From positions 10,235,403-10,299,402 of the forward strand of contig CM082587.2 of NCBI GenBank assembly GCA_040954595.2: a DNA stretch of 64,000 bases. The letters are read 5' to 3'. The notes beneath the pieces are model-generated. The model searched no databases. It was given only the letters and a program-made list of their open reading frames with translations, and had not been told where the DNA came from. Below, piece by piece: positions 1 through 10,835 of the stretch. The DNA comes from Balanoglossus misakiensis. Lineage: Eukaryota; Animalia; Hemichordata. Position numbers and translations under genes: made by a program. How positions within the stretch are numbered: position 1 is the stretch's first letter; every line of letters starts with the position of its first letter.

Positions 1-316
1 ATCCATTTTCTCTACAGCACATATATGATATTGGTGAATTCTTCTTCGGGAGATTAACATGTCAGAAAGATATTGCGGAGTATTACCTCGATGTCACACA
101 GTTACTTGTTAAAATTGCAAGAAAGTATTAAACAACGTAAACAATTCAGCACAAAGTAAATTATAGGACAATTCGAAAAGGACACGCGAAGCTCTCTTCT
201 GCAGTTTAAACAGTTTCTCCAGTCTTCTCATTAGATTAACAGGTGTATGTCACGTGATATAGAGAATTGTTGAAAGGACGGCGCATAACGCCTTCTACCA
301 GATCAGTTCCGTTTTT

Positions 317-585
317 ATTGAGTTGTTTATATACTCAGCAAATTCCTGAATGATTACATAACTGGCTAAGTTTTAAAGAGGCCAACTGTTCTATTTAGTG
401 TATGTACAGTACATATGCCATTGGCAGCTTATGGGTCAGACAGTGCTTGCCCATTGATCTCCTCCTATGTGTGTGTGTGTGTGTGTCTGTCTGTCTGTCT
501 GTCTGTATATGGCCATGTACTCCGGTGTAGACTTTTTTTTGTGTATTCCCTCAATGGGACCACTGTGTCCTTGACGCGATTTTTC
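317..585 (+). repeat. Left part of a local duplicated segment (paralog of ~10121-11001)
   Basis: aaattcctgaatgattacataactggctaag...ttgacgcgattttt matches ~10178-11001 once the 10252-10835 insertion is removed. Confidence 0.85.
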
Positions 586-912
586 AATTTTACTCCTGTT
601 CCAGCATCTGTTCTTACAGTGTGTAGATTTATCCAGTTTCTTGCAAGATCAGTATCTTCTACTGGCACCATTCAGAATTATTTGTACGCAATTCGTAGCT
701 TGCATAGAATCCATGGCTTCACGCCATTGGCCGCTGATCAGTATGTTGTCAAATTACTTTTGAAAGGTCTTTCCCGTAGCACTTTCCAGCCAGTGATGCA
801 GAAATTACCCATCACCCCCCAGTTGTTGCTAACAGTTTTTCGGGCTTTTAGATATGGCTGTTCCATTCGATGTTACTTTGTGGGCATGCCTTTTGATAGG
901 GTTTTTCTCTTG
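583..912 (+). pseudogene. Fragment of a DIRS/Ngaro-type tyrosine recombinase (N-terminal core-binding region)
   Basis: FNFTPVPASVLTVCRFIQFLARS..GTIQNYLYAIRSLH...LLKGL...QKLPITPQLL is typical of YR-retroelement recombinases. It frameshifts near 840 and is cut off by a G-run repeat near 920. The upstream part of ORF 415..981 is microsatellite and flank. Confidence 0.75.
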
Positions 913-921
913 GCAAAATCC

Positions 922-1810
922 AGGGGGGGTCACTTAAATTTTGAAGTCCAAAAGGGGGGGGGGTCATCTGGTTTTTTTTAAACGTTTAGGGGGGGTCACA
1001 TACTTTTGCCACCGAATTTTTGCATTTGAGTCCACAAAATTGCAGTTTCGCGCCCTTTATTTTACAAAATTTTCTAACCCACCCCCTCATTCTCCACCAC
1101 ATTTCATTTTTTGCTGGTTTGTCTAGTGTACCAGGGCAGAGTGCTTGCCACCCCAACCCCACCGATGATAATATAAAACAAAGTAAATACATAAAGGAGA
1201 ATAATCTTTTAAACCATTTCGCATAACTGATAGTTTTGCGCTGCATCTTCTATATACTAGAAGTTTTATAAATGATGTCATGACGAAGATGACGCCAAAT
1301 CTTCTAACTTTGAGTGAAGTGGCAAAAAGTAAAATTGGTCCTCCCAAACATTGAGATAATTTGCTTTTGAGTTCATTAAAATGCAACTTTGAGCACCATA
1401 TTTTACAAAATTTTCTTAAGTGGCAGGGGTCACAACCTCCCACACCCACCCCTCCATTCTTTGCCACATTGCCTTTATTCGCTGGTTTGTCTAGCGTAAC
1501 AGGGCACTGAGACTTCTTGCCACCCCACCCCCGATGTTTACTTTGAGTGGAGTGGCAAAATTAAGATTTGTCCTCCCTAACATTGAGTTAATTTGCTTTT
1601 GAGTTCATTAAAATGCGACTTTGAGCACCGTATTTTACAACATTTTCTGATGTCGGAGGGGGACACCCCCTCCCACCCCTGCCACTTTTCTTGTTTTACC
1701 AATTCTAGCAACTATTGTATTGACTTGTCATTTACATTTGTTCATAGTATAAATATAATTAGACCCTTTTCCTGTGACTTCTTGGATATGTTTTTCAAAC
1801 TCTGGTAGGT
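922..1810. mobile_element. Degenerate G-run-rich MITE-like repeat remnant
   Basis: Shares ggggggtcac and tttgagtccacaaaat / tttgagttcattaaaat motifs with the MITEs at 12569-13098 and 56243-56669. Termini are not resolved. Confidence 0.4.
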
Positions 1811-4800
1811 AGCATACAGAAATGTCGCCAGGAACGTTGCGCAGACTATTCCTGAACGAATCTAGTTTCCCCGCCATGTTTATTTACGTTGTGGAGGTCA
1901 ATGTCCCACAAGCTCAAAGCTTGTGGGGCGTAGCAACAGTAACCAAGGGGGGCGTGGCTTATACCGTAGGGTGGAACTATGTTGATTGCTGGCGACCAGA
2001 ATAAAAATCCTCCAACATGTATAAACCACCCACAATTTGTTCAATTTGAATAATTTCATAGTTGTGTTGAAATATTTCTACTCATTTAATCAGGAGTATG
2101 GGCACATGCTGTTTACTGTAGTGCTCCTGGGTTACACTGCAAAGCAAAATGGAGTACGAGAGGTCATGGTGGAGGTGGTAGCATCGCACGTGTGACCACG
2201 GTTAGACTCTCACAGGGTGCAATTTGTACGCTTTTCACATTGTGAACGACGGTGCCTATATTTCAGGTAAAATATTGATAATGCTATAGGGAACCAGTCC
2301 GAATACCATCGCCATTTTTCTTCACTTTTTTTCATTTTTCTCACTTTTTCTTTTCCTTCTGGTAGGCAAATGTCAACTTAAAATACAGGAGCGTTTTCCA
2401 AGGAAGTTTGGGAATTTGACGTTTAATAGAATCACAAAGCCCCTATGAAAACAAGAAAAGTTCATATTTGTGAATTCCCAATATTTCAGACATTCCAGAT
2501 ATTCATAGATTTTGTGTTCAGTACATTACAGGGTTTGTCATTGAATCATAAGCTAACACAAACCGCAGTTACATATTTCGATAAGGTTGTGTTGTTCCAA
2601 TTTCTATCTTTCCCAGGGTGTAAAGTTTATTATTGTTATTTAATTATTTTCCAGCTGCTGATGAATGTATAGCGGTCAATGGAGGAAACGGCAATTACAT
2701 TTATGCTGTTGCCATATGCTGCCACGACTGAGAATGGATATTACTGAAATGATTCCCTCCAATACTATAAATATTATTGGAGTAAAATCAACATCCAATA
2801 CTAGTAGCTACTTTCCATGAATAGTAATGAATAAAAAGCAAATGAAACTGAATTCTGACTGTGTGTCACATGATTTTCTTCACTAATCACTATCAAAATG
2901 CTGTTACACACATACATATACGAGCCGACTTAATCTGCTTTGCTAATCCACAAAAACAGGCGTACAAAAGAAAGGCGTACAACTGGAAGGTTTTTGCATA
3001 AATAATTTATCTGCCGAAGACCGAAGGTATCAACCTGAAAGCCAAGAAAAGATTATGTTTAACCATAATTAATGCCTTGATTTTTTTCTGCAGTGTGATA
3101 TTTGGTACAAATCACAGGATTAACCCAGGTGTCTATTTTTTACTTTATTTCTTACTTAGTCTGGTTATGTAAACACGTTTTCAATACATGTAAATTAATT
3201 AGTTATTTGTCATACCCGCCGTTGGTGGCGACATTGAAAAAAAAATCACAACAGACTTCTTCAGTTCACTGCACACAAAATGGTCCTGTAATAAAATTAC
3301 ACTTGAAAATTTGGTATCTTTCCTCGGGAGGAAGACGAGACCATTATTGCGTCTCCCAAACAACACCCACTCACTGTTTGTAGCAAATTTTTGCTATGGT
3401 TTAGGAGGAATTCCCCCTCCCGTCACTTACACCATAATTGGCTTCTATATTTCGTATTTCTTACTGTAAATTGCACAGGTGAGAATAAAGGTTCTGGATG
3501 TTTTATTGACATAAAACCTTCTCACAAGATAAAATATTAGTATACTCCAATACTAACTCTAGAAGTAGAAACGTACCAGTATACAATATCAACGCAAAAT
3601 ATGAAACAGTACATACATGGTATATTGATTAGGTCTTCTAGTCTATGAAGGTACATTAATTACTTCCAATGAATTTATTATCAATCATTTCCAACAAACA
3701 GACCCCAAAACCATATCCAATCCAAAAGAGCCATTTCTAAGTCTGTCGCTAAATGACAACACCCTATTGTTTTTAACACTCACTCAGTTTTGCATTTAGA
3801 TCTGGGAAGACACTGTCACCCGACATGCAAGTGATGACATCACAAATTTGACTTGTGTCAATCAGGTACAGGGACACTGACTGACACAAACATTAATTAC
3901 ACAACTTACATACAGATATGTGCCCATTACACAAACTGTACCAGCCAAATATCAATCTCCATGTGTTTTAATAGTTTTCATGGTCAAAGATTTTGGAATG
4001 ATTCAACATTCAGTACACTGAAATACCAGCATCACAAAATTAGAGTGATATTAATGTAGTTTCTATTTTGAACACCAATGTGGCTATTTTTGCTCCAATA
4101 AAGAATACATTTTGCCTGATCATAATTATCATTTTTTACCCTGAGGGGGTGTGAGTACAAGACATAGCATGTATTTGTTGTAGGTCACAGATGTGATGGC
4201 TAATAAATGGATGCTTCTAACCTGAACATAAAGTGAAACATGTCAATTAAGGACACCTTCAGGACAAAATCTGTCCTTAATAGAGAGGTGTTGGTAATAC
4301 ACAGGTATTATTCTATTCAAATTGTAACTTTTGTCTTGAAATACCTGTCCTTAATTGAGATGTGTTCTGATTACAGAGTGTTTGAAAGGATAGGTTTCAT
4401 GAAATGCATGATGTTCATGCTACAACAATTCCATAGTGGAATTCAGAAATGTCAGAAAACAGTCCCCATCCCTAACCTTAACCATTGTCAGACTGAATTG
4501 TTGGAAATGTCCAGTGGAAGTAACAAGCAGTTCAGGGGAACATGATATCAAAGTCTAAGCAAACTGTCTGCCATAATTTACTGCTCTTTTGAAAGACACA
4601 AGAACAGCCCTTCAAATGAGTATGGCAGATCAAAGACAAGGGTGCAACCCTTCAACGAAACATGTCGTGTCTGTCAAAGACATTTCTCTTCTGCTCCTGC
4701 ACCTGGTGTTTCCAGTATAGCTGGGCGGAACCGATGCAAGACATGTTACTTCCAGATCGTCACCGTGGAGTGACAGTGAAAATCTCCTAGAAACGAGAAA

Positions 4801-5339
4801 AGAAGAACATGGATATTTCATTCAGGAACTGAATATCCTTCCATGTGGTGCAGATAAACACTTTCACTACCATGGTTTTGTCCAAATCCATTGTTTTCTG
4901 TGATAATCTGGACCCTCAAAAGAGGGAAGTGGGGAAGATACGTCATCAGTTTTAAGAAACTACATTTATACCATTGACAGCATTCAACATGGGTGTTTTT
5001 TAAGCATGCCACATACAAAACGGGTGCATTCACGGAATGTATTTTTCTGTCAATTATCAAAGTCCCAAACTCCAACAAATATTATTTTCTTAAAGCCCAG
5101 ATATACTTGATGCTGATCGTATGCAGTAGACAGCTGTCATTTTATACAGCACTTTTGCGGATCTTACAAAAATCTTATTTGACTCCATTTTGCAAAAACA
5201 ATGCACAATTTCTGGTTGAAATTAACAAATCTTGGTATAAAACATCCTTCAAAAGTGTGTCAGCAATTTTTTCTCCAACCTTCCAATAAGCTTTTATGAT
5301 GCTATAACATCTAACAGCAACACTTACAAGATTAAGATC

Positions 5340-6180
5340 ACTTAAACCACACAAAACTCAATCAGACTTTGGTGTCAGGGAGGCTTTATTACACTACAGC
5401 ATCTTAACACTAACTATAAAACTACATCTACTGCCCCCATACTAAATGTATACAACAAGCAAAAGACAAGCAAAAATACAAACATGTCATGAAAGATGAC
5501 GTTGTATAAAGTAAGCAACTACAAGGCAGAGGGATGGGAGGGTGGGTGAAAGGCAAATCGCTATGACAATGTGAAGCAGCGTGTACAAGCTGTGCCGCCT
5601 GTAAAAGTACTGAGCCAAGAGGCGGACAGTGGCCTTCCCTGATTGGCTGAAAGTTGGTCATGTGAGGGTCTCGGAGCTTGCGTGATTTAAACACCGCTCA
5701 AAGAGCTAGTACTTAAACCACACAAAACTCAATCAGACTTTGGTGTCAGGGAGGCTTTATTACACTACAGCATCTTAACACTAACTATAAAACTACATCT
5801 ACTGCCCCCATACTAAATGTATACAACAAGCAAAAGACAAGCAAAAATACAAACATGTCATGAAAGATGACGTTGTATAAAGTAAGCAACTACAAGGCAG
5901 AGGGATGGGAGGGTGGGTGAAAGGCAAATCGCTATGACAATGTGAAGCAGCGTGTACAAGCTGTGCCGCCTGTAAAAGTACTGAGCCAAGAGGCGGACAG
6001 TGGCCTTCCCTGATTGGCTGAAAGTTGGTCATGTGAGGGTCTCGGAGCTTGCGTGATTTAAACACCGCTCAAAGAGCTAGTACTTAAACCACACAAAACT
6101 CAATCAGACTTTGGTGTCAGGGAGGCTTTATTACACTACAGCATCTTAACACTAACTATAAAACTACATCTACTGCCCCA
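5340..6180 (-). repeat. 3' split direct repeats: two identical 371-bp units plus one B copy
   Basis: B (~98 bp, with AATAAA on the minus strand) starts at 5340, 5711 and 6082. A (164 bp) lies at 5547-5710 and 5918-6081 and is identical to 9291-9454. Confidence 0.95.
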
Positions 6181-6225
6181 AACTCCAAATAGATTACTAG
6201 AAAGTAGAACATCAAGTAGAAGTAC

Positions 6226-6340
6226 AAAAATTCTAAGTAAGACTTCCAGTGGGTACTGTATGTACGCTTTGTATTGGTGGCAAATGCACTGGATCTGTAT
6301 CTGGCAACTTCCAAGTCAAGCTGTGCTTCCAGCTGCTGGA
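6226..6340 (-). pseudogene. Truncated 5' end of the element's tyrosine recombinase
   Basis: An alternative frame overlapping the pol 3' end reads QQLEAQLDLEVARYRSSAFATNTKRTYSTHWKSYLEF, then joins non-coding 3' sequence. Confidence 0.75.
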
Positions 6341-7975
6341 CTTCTGAATCTGTGGGATAAGTGCTAGCAAAGCCATTCTAGACATATGAGCAGGTAATGA
6401 ATTGTAGGTATAGATAGGGTGATAAACACCCCCTGGATCAAACAGTGAATGCAAACGTAACAGCTGACCCGGCTCATGTAGTCTAGAAATCGCATCTGGA
6501 ATATTGTTCAGTTTGCCAGGAACATACACTGCTTGCACAGAGAAATTGAAAACAGCAGATAACCAAAACAGTGAACGCAGGCTATCCATAATTACAGCAT
6601 GTTTTGAAATTCCTTTGTTTATTATATGCATGGCTGTAATATTGTCTGTATGAAGTATCACCTTGTGATTAGCCCAGAATGGGGCCCACCTGAGAGCAGC
6701 TAATAAGAGAACCAAAGTCTCCTTGTAATTAATATGCAAATTAGCAGCTTTTGGCCACTCACACCATGGAAAATAGAGCCAGTCATTTTTAAACCAAGCA
6801 CCAGCAGCTTTACCAGATGCATCTGTGTGGACATCAGTAATAGGTGCACGATTTAAAAACCTGACACTACCATTAAACTGTGGTAAGAAAGCAATCCACC
6901 AGTCTAAATCTGCAAAAAAGTCATTACACAATAATATTTTGTGTGTGGGTTTGTTAAGCTTGCCTATGCAATCTATTATTCTCCGGAGGAAAGTTCTACC
7001 TCCATAAATAACTTGACAGGCCCAATTTAGCTTCCCAGCAAGGGACTGCAGCTGGCGGCGTGATGCACGTTTTTTGTTGCGAAACGAGAGCAGCAGGCGG
7101 AAGAATTCATGCAATTTAGCAGGCGGCAAAGACAGTGTAAGATTCACACTGTCAATAAGGACTCCCAGAAAAACCAAACGTTGGGTAGGGCCCTCCACTT
7201 TGTGCCATGCAATGGCAAAACCCAATTTGCGGAGAAGTTTGATGAGGATATTCAATGCTTTTTGACATTCCTCATATGTGTCAGCAACAATTAAGAAATC
7301 ATCTAAGTATACTACAACACTATCTATACCTTGACGAGCAAGCATTCTGCGGACAGCTTGAGTTATGCGGTGGAAAATCATGGGAGCTCTTTTTGCTCCA
7401 AAAGGTAACCTTGTATCATACATATATGTCGGCCTGTTAGAGTCAGAGAAAGCCCATTTAAGACCAGTAAACTTGTAATTTGACGGGTGGATGCGCACCG
7501 ACCTATATGCAGACTTGAGGTCCACCTTGGCCATGAAAGAGCCGGGTTTAATAAGATTGATGGCCTCTTGTAAGGTTTGATACGAGAAAGAGGGTGCATC
7601 AGCAAAATCATTGATAGCTGACCCTGGGGGACGACTACAATCGTGTATGAGGCGAACACCATTAGACTGTGGCTTAGGTATTGCTCCTATAGCACTAACA
7701 ATGTGAGGCTTAGTAGGGGTAACAACATAACGCCCTTCCCTAATTTCATCTATAATTTGGCATTCCACTGTACAACAATTCCCTTCATCAGTGGCAGAGC
7801 GATAATTATCCACCTCCACACTAGACCCAACAGAATTACAATCCAAAATATGAAAGCCATTGTTTATACCATCAAGGAGAAAATCCTTGTCGGGGTCATC
7901 AGGGGCAATCTCAGAGACCCAAGCACCGTAATTTAAACTATGGGGGTTGGGTGGAGGGGGAGGCAGGCAGTCTAG
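6233..7975 (-). CDS. Pol: reverse transcriptase + DIRS-type RNase H
   Basis: RT motifs KVDLKSAYRSV, RLPFG, YLDDFL; RNase H motifs HTDASG, HINYKE, HTDN, NNIPDAISR. The frame stays open upstream of the listed ORF (LNYGAWVSEIAPDDPDKDFLLDGINNGF) to the gag end. Confidence 0.92.
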   Translation of the reverse strand, partial: LDCLPPPPPNPHSLNYGAWVSEIAPDDPDKDFLLDGINNGFHILDCNSVGSSVEVDNYRSATDEGNCCTVECQIIDEIREGRYVVTPTKPHIVSAIGAIPKPQSNGVRLIHDCSRPPGSAINDFADAPSFSYQTLQEAINLIKPGSFMAKVDLKSAYRSVRIHPSNYKFTGLKWAFSDSNRPTYMYDTRLPFGAKRAPMIFHRITQAVRRMLARQGIDSVVVYLDDFLIVADTYEECQKALNILIKLLRKLGFAIAWHKVEGPTQRLVFLGVLIDSVNLTLSLPPAKLHEFFRLLLSFRNKKRASRRQLQSLAGKLNWACQVIYGGRTFLRRIIDCIGKLNKPTHKILLCNDFFADLDWWIAFLPQFNGSVRFLNRAPITDVHTDASGKAAGAWFKNDWLYFPWCEWPKAANLHINYKETLVLLLAALRWAPFWANHKVILHTDNITAMHIINKGISKHAVIMDSLRSLFWLSAVFNFSVQAVYVPGKLNNIPDAISRLHEPGQLLRLHSLFDPGGVYHPIYTYNSLPAHMSRMALLALIPQIQKSSSWKHSLTWKLPDTDPVHLPPIQSVHTVPTGSLT

Positions 7976-7980
7976 TTTTT

Positions 7981-9204
7981 TTATTCGCTTGCTACTTTTC
8001 CTTCATCATTTGGATGAGATGACTTTGGGTGCTGTTTGCGACACTCCAAACAGATGTGGGCATATGTACATCTATTACCAAACGTACAATTACCTTTGTT
8101 GAAACCAATGCATATTGGCCTACCTGTGTTTGCATCTAATGGTGCAGGCAAAACACCCTTTCCCTCGTTAATATTCCCACTAGGGCCAGGGGCACCCTTA
8201 CTAGCTACTTTGTTTGCTATAAATTTCTCCCTCAAGTGTACCGATGACAAATGTTGGGACTCCGTACCCCAAGGGAAATGATAGGCTGCCTGCAACATCC
8301 GATACTCCCTGTCATAAACTAGGACAGACGCCCACTCATATCTATCAGCCAACTGTGATACTTTCACAGTGTACGCTAGGTATTGTTTGATTTGAATAAT
8401 ATCAAACGAATGATTATGAATCAGTTCATATAAGATGCGCGCGTTCGCCGCTGTCCATTGTTGTGGTGTGACAGAGTTCAGCTTAGGTTTGGCGGGACCG
8501 GATTCCAATATCAGCTTACTGCCGCTATCGCCGACCGACAGGACCTGTTGTTCCACTTTCGTTGCGAAGGAACCGGGGACAAAGTCAACAATATCCAAGT
8601 GTTTCTGACCTTTAGTCTTGGGTTTTAGGTAAACCAGTGGGTCTAAATCCATACGATCAGGTGTAGCGCATTTAGGCGGCACGTCCGCGTCGGAATTAGC
8701 AGCCGCTGGTTCTGGAGCCAACGCTTTCAGCAAGGTGTCCAGGTTGAAGCTTGCAGGAGGCCGTTCTTCGATTTTCAATGTAGATACGGGAGGAGCACTG
8801 TGGTCAGAAGAGCTCACGTCTTTACGACAGTCCGCGCCACTGGAGAAACTTGACACATTCTCTGCAACAGTCGGGGCCGCCATCTTGGAAGTCATGTTTT
8901 TGGCGGGACTGGCTTGACCCTGGCCGGGTCCCATCAGCGCAATTATTGCCGCTTCTAACTGTCTGAGCTGGCCCAATGGACTGATTTTCATACTAAACAC
9001 GTCTTCAGGCTTGATCAGCTTGACAGCATCCAGTGTAACGAAGCCGTGCATACCAAGAACCGACAGTGTGTCCAAAGAAATACCGTATTTTTCTGCCCAC
9101 AGTTGCATCTCCAAACATGGTGTCATGGATGATAACAGGCTTGCTGTGTCGACGGTATGGTCTACATAACCAGTCGTAGCAGAGTCGACGCTGGGTTTAT
9201 CCAT
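7981..9204 (-). CDS. Gag/ORF1 with SAM-like N-terminal domain and C-terminal CCCH + CxxCxxxH zinc fingers
   Basis: Likely start MDKPSVD at 9204. Contains the YEWASVLVYDREYR motif and CIGFNKGNCTFGNRCTYAHICLECRKQH. Confidence 0.85.
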   Translation of the reverse strand: MDKPSVDSATTGYVDHTVDTASLLSSMTPCLEMQLWAEKYGISLDTLSVLGMHGFVTLDAVKLIKPEDVFSMKISPLGQLRQLEAAIIALMGPGQGQASPAKNMTSKMAAPTVAENVSSFSSGADCRKDVSSSDHSAPPVSTLKIEERPPASFNLDTLLKALAPEPAAANSDADVPPKCATPDRMDLDPLVYLKPKTKGQKHLDIVDFVPGSFATKVEQQVLSVGDSGSKLILESGPAKPKLNSVTPQQWTAANARILYELIHNHSFDIIQIKQYLAYTVKVSQLADRYEWASVLVYDREYRMLQAAYHFPWGTESQHLSSVHLREKFIANKVASKGAPGPSGNINEGKGVLPAPLDANTGRPICIGFNKGNCTFGNRCTYAHICLECRKQHPKSSHPNDEGKVASE

Positions 9205-9290
9205 CACTACCACTACGTCTGTCGGTGACAGATAGTTCAACCGAAACGTAACTGTAAAAACAGACTTAACAGCGTACGCTAAATATTGCT

Positions 9291-9454
9291 TGAAAGGCAA
9301 ATCGCTATGACAATGTGAAGCAGCGTGTACAAGCTGTGCCGCCTGTAAAAGTACTGAGCCAAGAGGCGGACAGTGGCCTTCCCTGATTGGCTGAAAGTTG
9401 GTCATGTGAGGGTCTCGGAGCTTGCGTGATTTAAACACCGCTCAAAGAGCTAGT
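9291..9454 (-). repeat. 5' terminal repeat A1 of the Ngaro-like element
   Basis: Identical to 5547-5710 and 5918-6081. Confidence 0.95.
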
Positions 9455-9806
9455 ACATAAAAAAGAGTGTACCTTGTTGAAAATGAACAACACAAGTTTC
9501 ATTGCAACCTACCGTCTGCAATGGCTGGGATTTCGGAAAGCCTCTCTTTATACACAACCATGGGTCAACAGCCAGCAAGTTCACCAATATATACACACAG
9601 CACAAATCAAGGTCACCACAAATATCACCATGACCTTGGAGAGAAAATTTAAATAAAAGCATAAAATCAGAGATCAAACGCACAGATGTAGTTCAAAGAT
9701 TTGCTGCTGTGGTGCAGCAGGTACATGTACAATGAAGGGAAATTGAAATCTGTACTGTACAGCAATTGCATTCCTGTAAGTTTATTGTCTAGAATCCAGA
9801 CTCCTG
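9455..9806 (+). repeat. Right part of the local duplicated segment (paralog of 11005-11356)
   Basis: acataaaaaagagtgtacc...agaatccagactcctg is nearly identical at both sites. Confidence 0.9.
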
Positions 9807-9813
9807 TGAATTT

Positions 9814-10075
9814 TTTTAGGTCCCATTGGTTTATACCATGGGGCCTTATGGGATCGGTTGCGTCTGTATGTACGTATGTATGTATGGATGGATGGATGTA
9901 TGTCTGTATGTCCGTCCACATCAAAAACTTGAAAGCGCTGCGTGTATCACCTTGATATTTGGTTTGCTGATGCAGGCTGGGCTGTAGATGGGAGTTTGTT
10001 CAAATGAATTTGTCATTGCCAAAAATATGCAAATTAGCTGGAAAAATGTGAATTTGGTCAAAACTCAGTAACTCA
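9814..10075 (-). mobile_element. 3' fragment of a Helitron/Helentron-like non-autonomous repeat
   Basis: Reverse-complement match to ~19650-19925, including the terminal ggtcccat...atgggacc-type hairpin and the (CATC/CATA) microsatellite. Confidence 0.6.
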
Positions 10076-10251
10076 AGAACTACTGGTCAGATTGCTTTAC
10101 AAAGTGGTGTGTATTTACTTTATTGAGTTGTTTTAATTAGGCAGGAACCCCATCCTGTTATATTGATATACACAGTAAATTCCTGAATGATTACATAACT
10201 GGCTAAGTTTTAAAGAGGCCAGCTGTTCTATTTAGTATATGTACAGTACAT

Positions 10252-10835
10252 TAGTCTCGGTTACCCAGAGCCCTCTGCTTCTTCCGTTGGGCACTCCAGA
10301 AAGAGGGTCTGGGATCACTGCACGTTAAATTTTCCGCGAACCGGAAGCGTCTTTTAGTAATCGAGCGATGCACCCTGGATCCAATAACAAATCGTAGGGA
10401 ATAGAGGAATGAATCGTGTTGTCGTTGTTTATGATGATAAAAACATTTTTAAAAAATTAATGTGTCATTTCCTGCTACCGTAAACGTGGAAAACACGGCC
10501 TAGGTCGCCCAACGTCACTCGTAGACGTTGGCCGACCTAGGTCATGTTTTCCACGAGTGACGTCGGGCGACCTAGGCCGTGTTTTCCACGTTTACGGTAG
10601 CAGGAAATGACACATTAATTTTTTAAAAATGTTTTTATCATCATAAACAACGACAACACGATTCATTCCTCTATTCCCTACGATTTGTTATTGGATCCAG
10701 GGTGCATCGCTCGATTACTAAAAGACGCTTCCGGTTCGCGGAAAATTTAACGTGCAGTGATCCCAGACTCTCTTTCTCGCACAGCGCCCTCTAGAGACGA
10801 GAGAAAGAGTAAGAGAGTCTGGGTAACCGAGACTA
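10252..10835. mobile_element. Fold-back MITE with TAG...CTA termini and 10-bp TSD
   Basis: TIR TAGTCTCGGTTACCCAGA; inner arms ~10296-10522 and ~10552-10777 are near-perfect inverted copies. TSD TACAGTACAT at 10242-10251 and 10836-10845; the empty site is seen at ~405-414. Confidence 0.9.

Larger units (their letters stand above)
5340..9454 (-). mobile_element. Ngaro-like (DIRS-order) YR retrotransposon, YR gene deleted
   Basis: gag + RT/RNase H, no methyltransferase domain. Split direct repeats on the minus strand read A1...B1 A2 X B2 A3 X B3. No TSD beyond a shared AC dinucleotide. Confidence 0.9.

Noticed and set aside
5428-6065. Two identical 88-aa ORFs and the 5' extension of ORF 7981..9438
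   Set aside because: They translate the terminal repeats from a non-ATG start.
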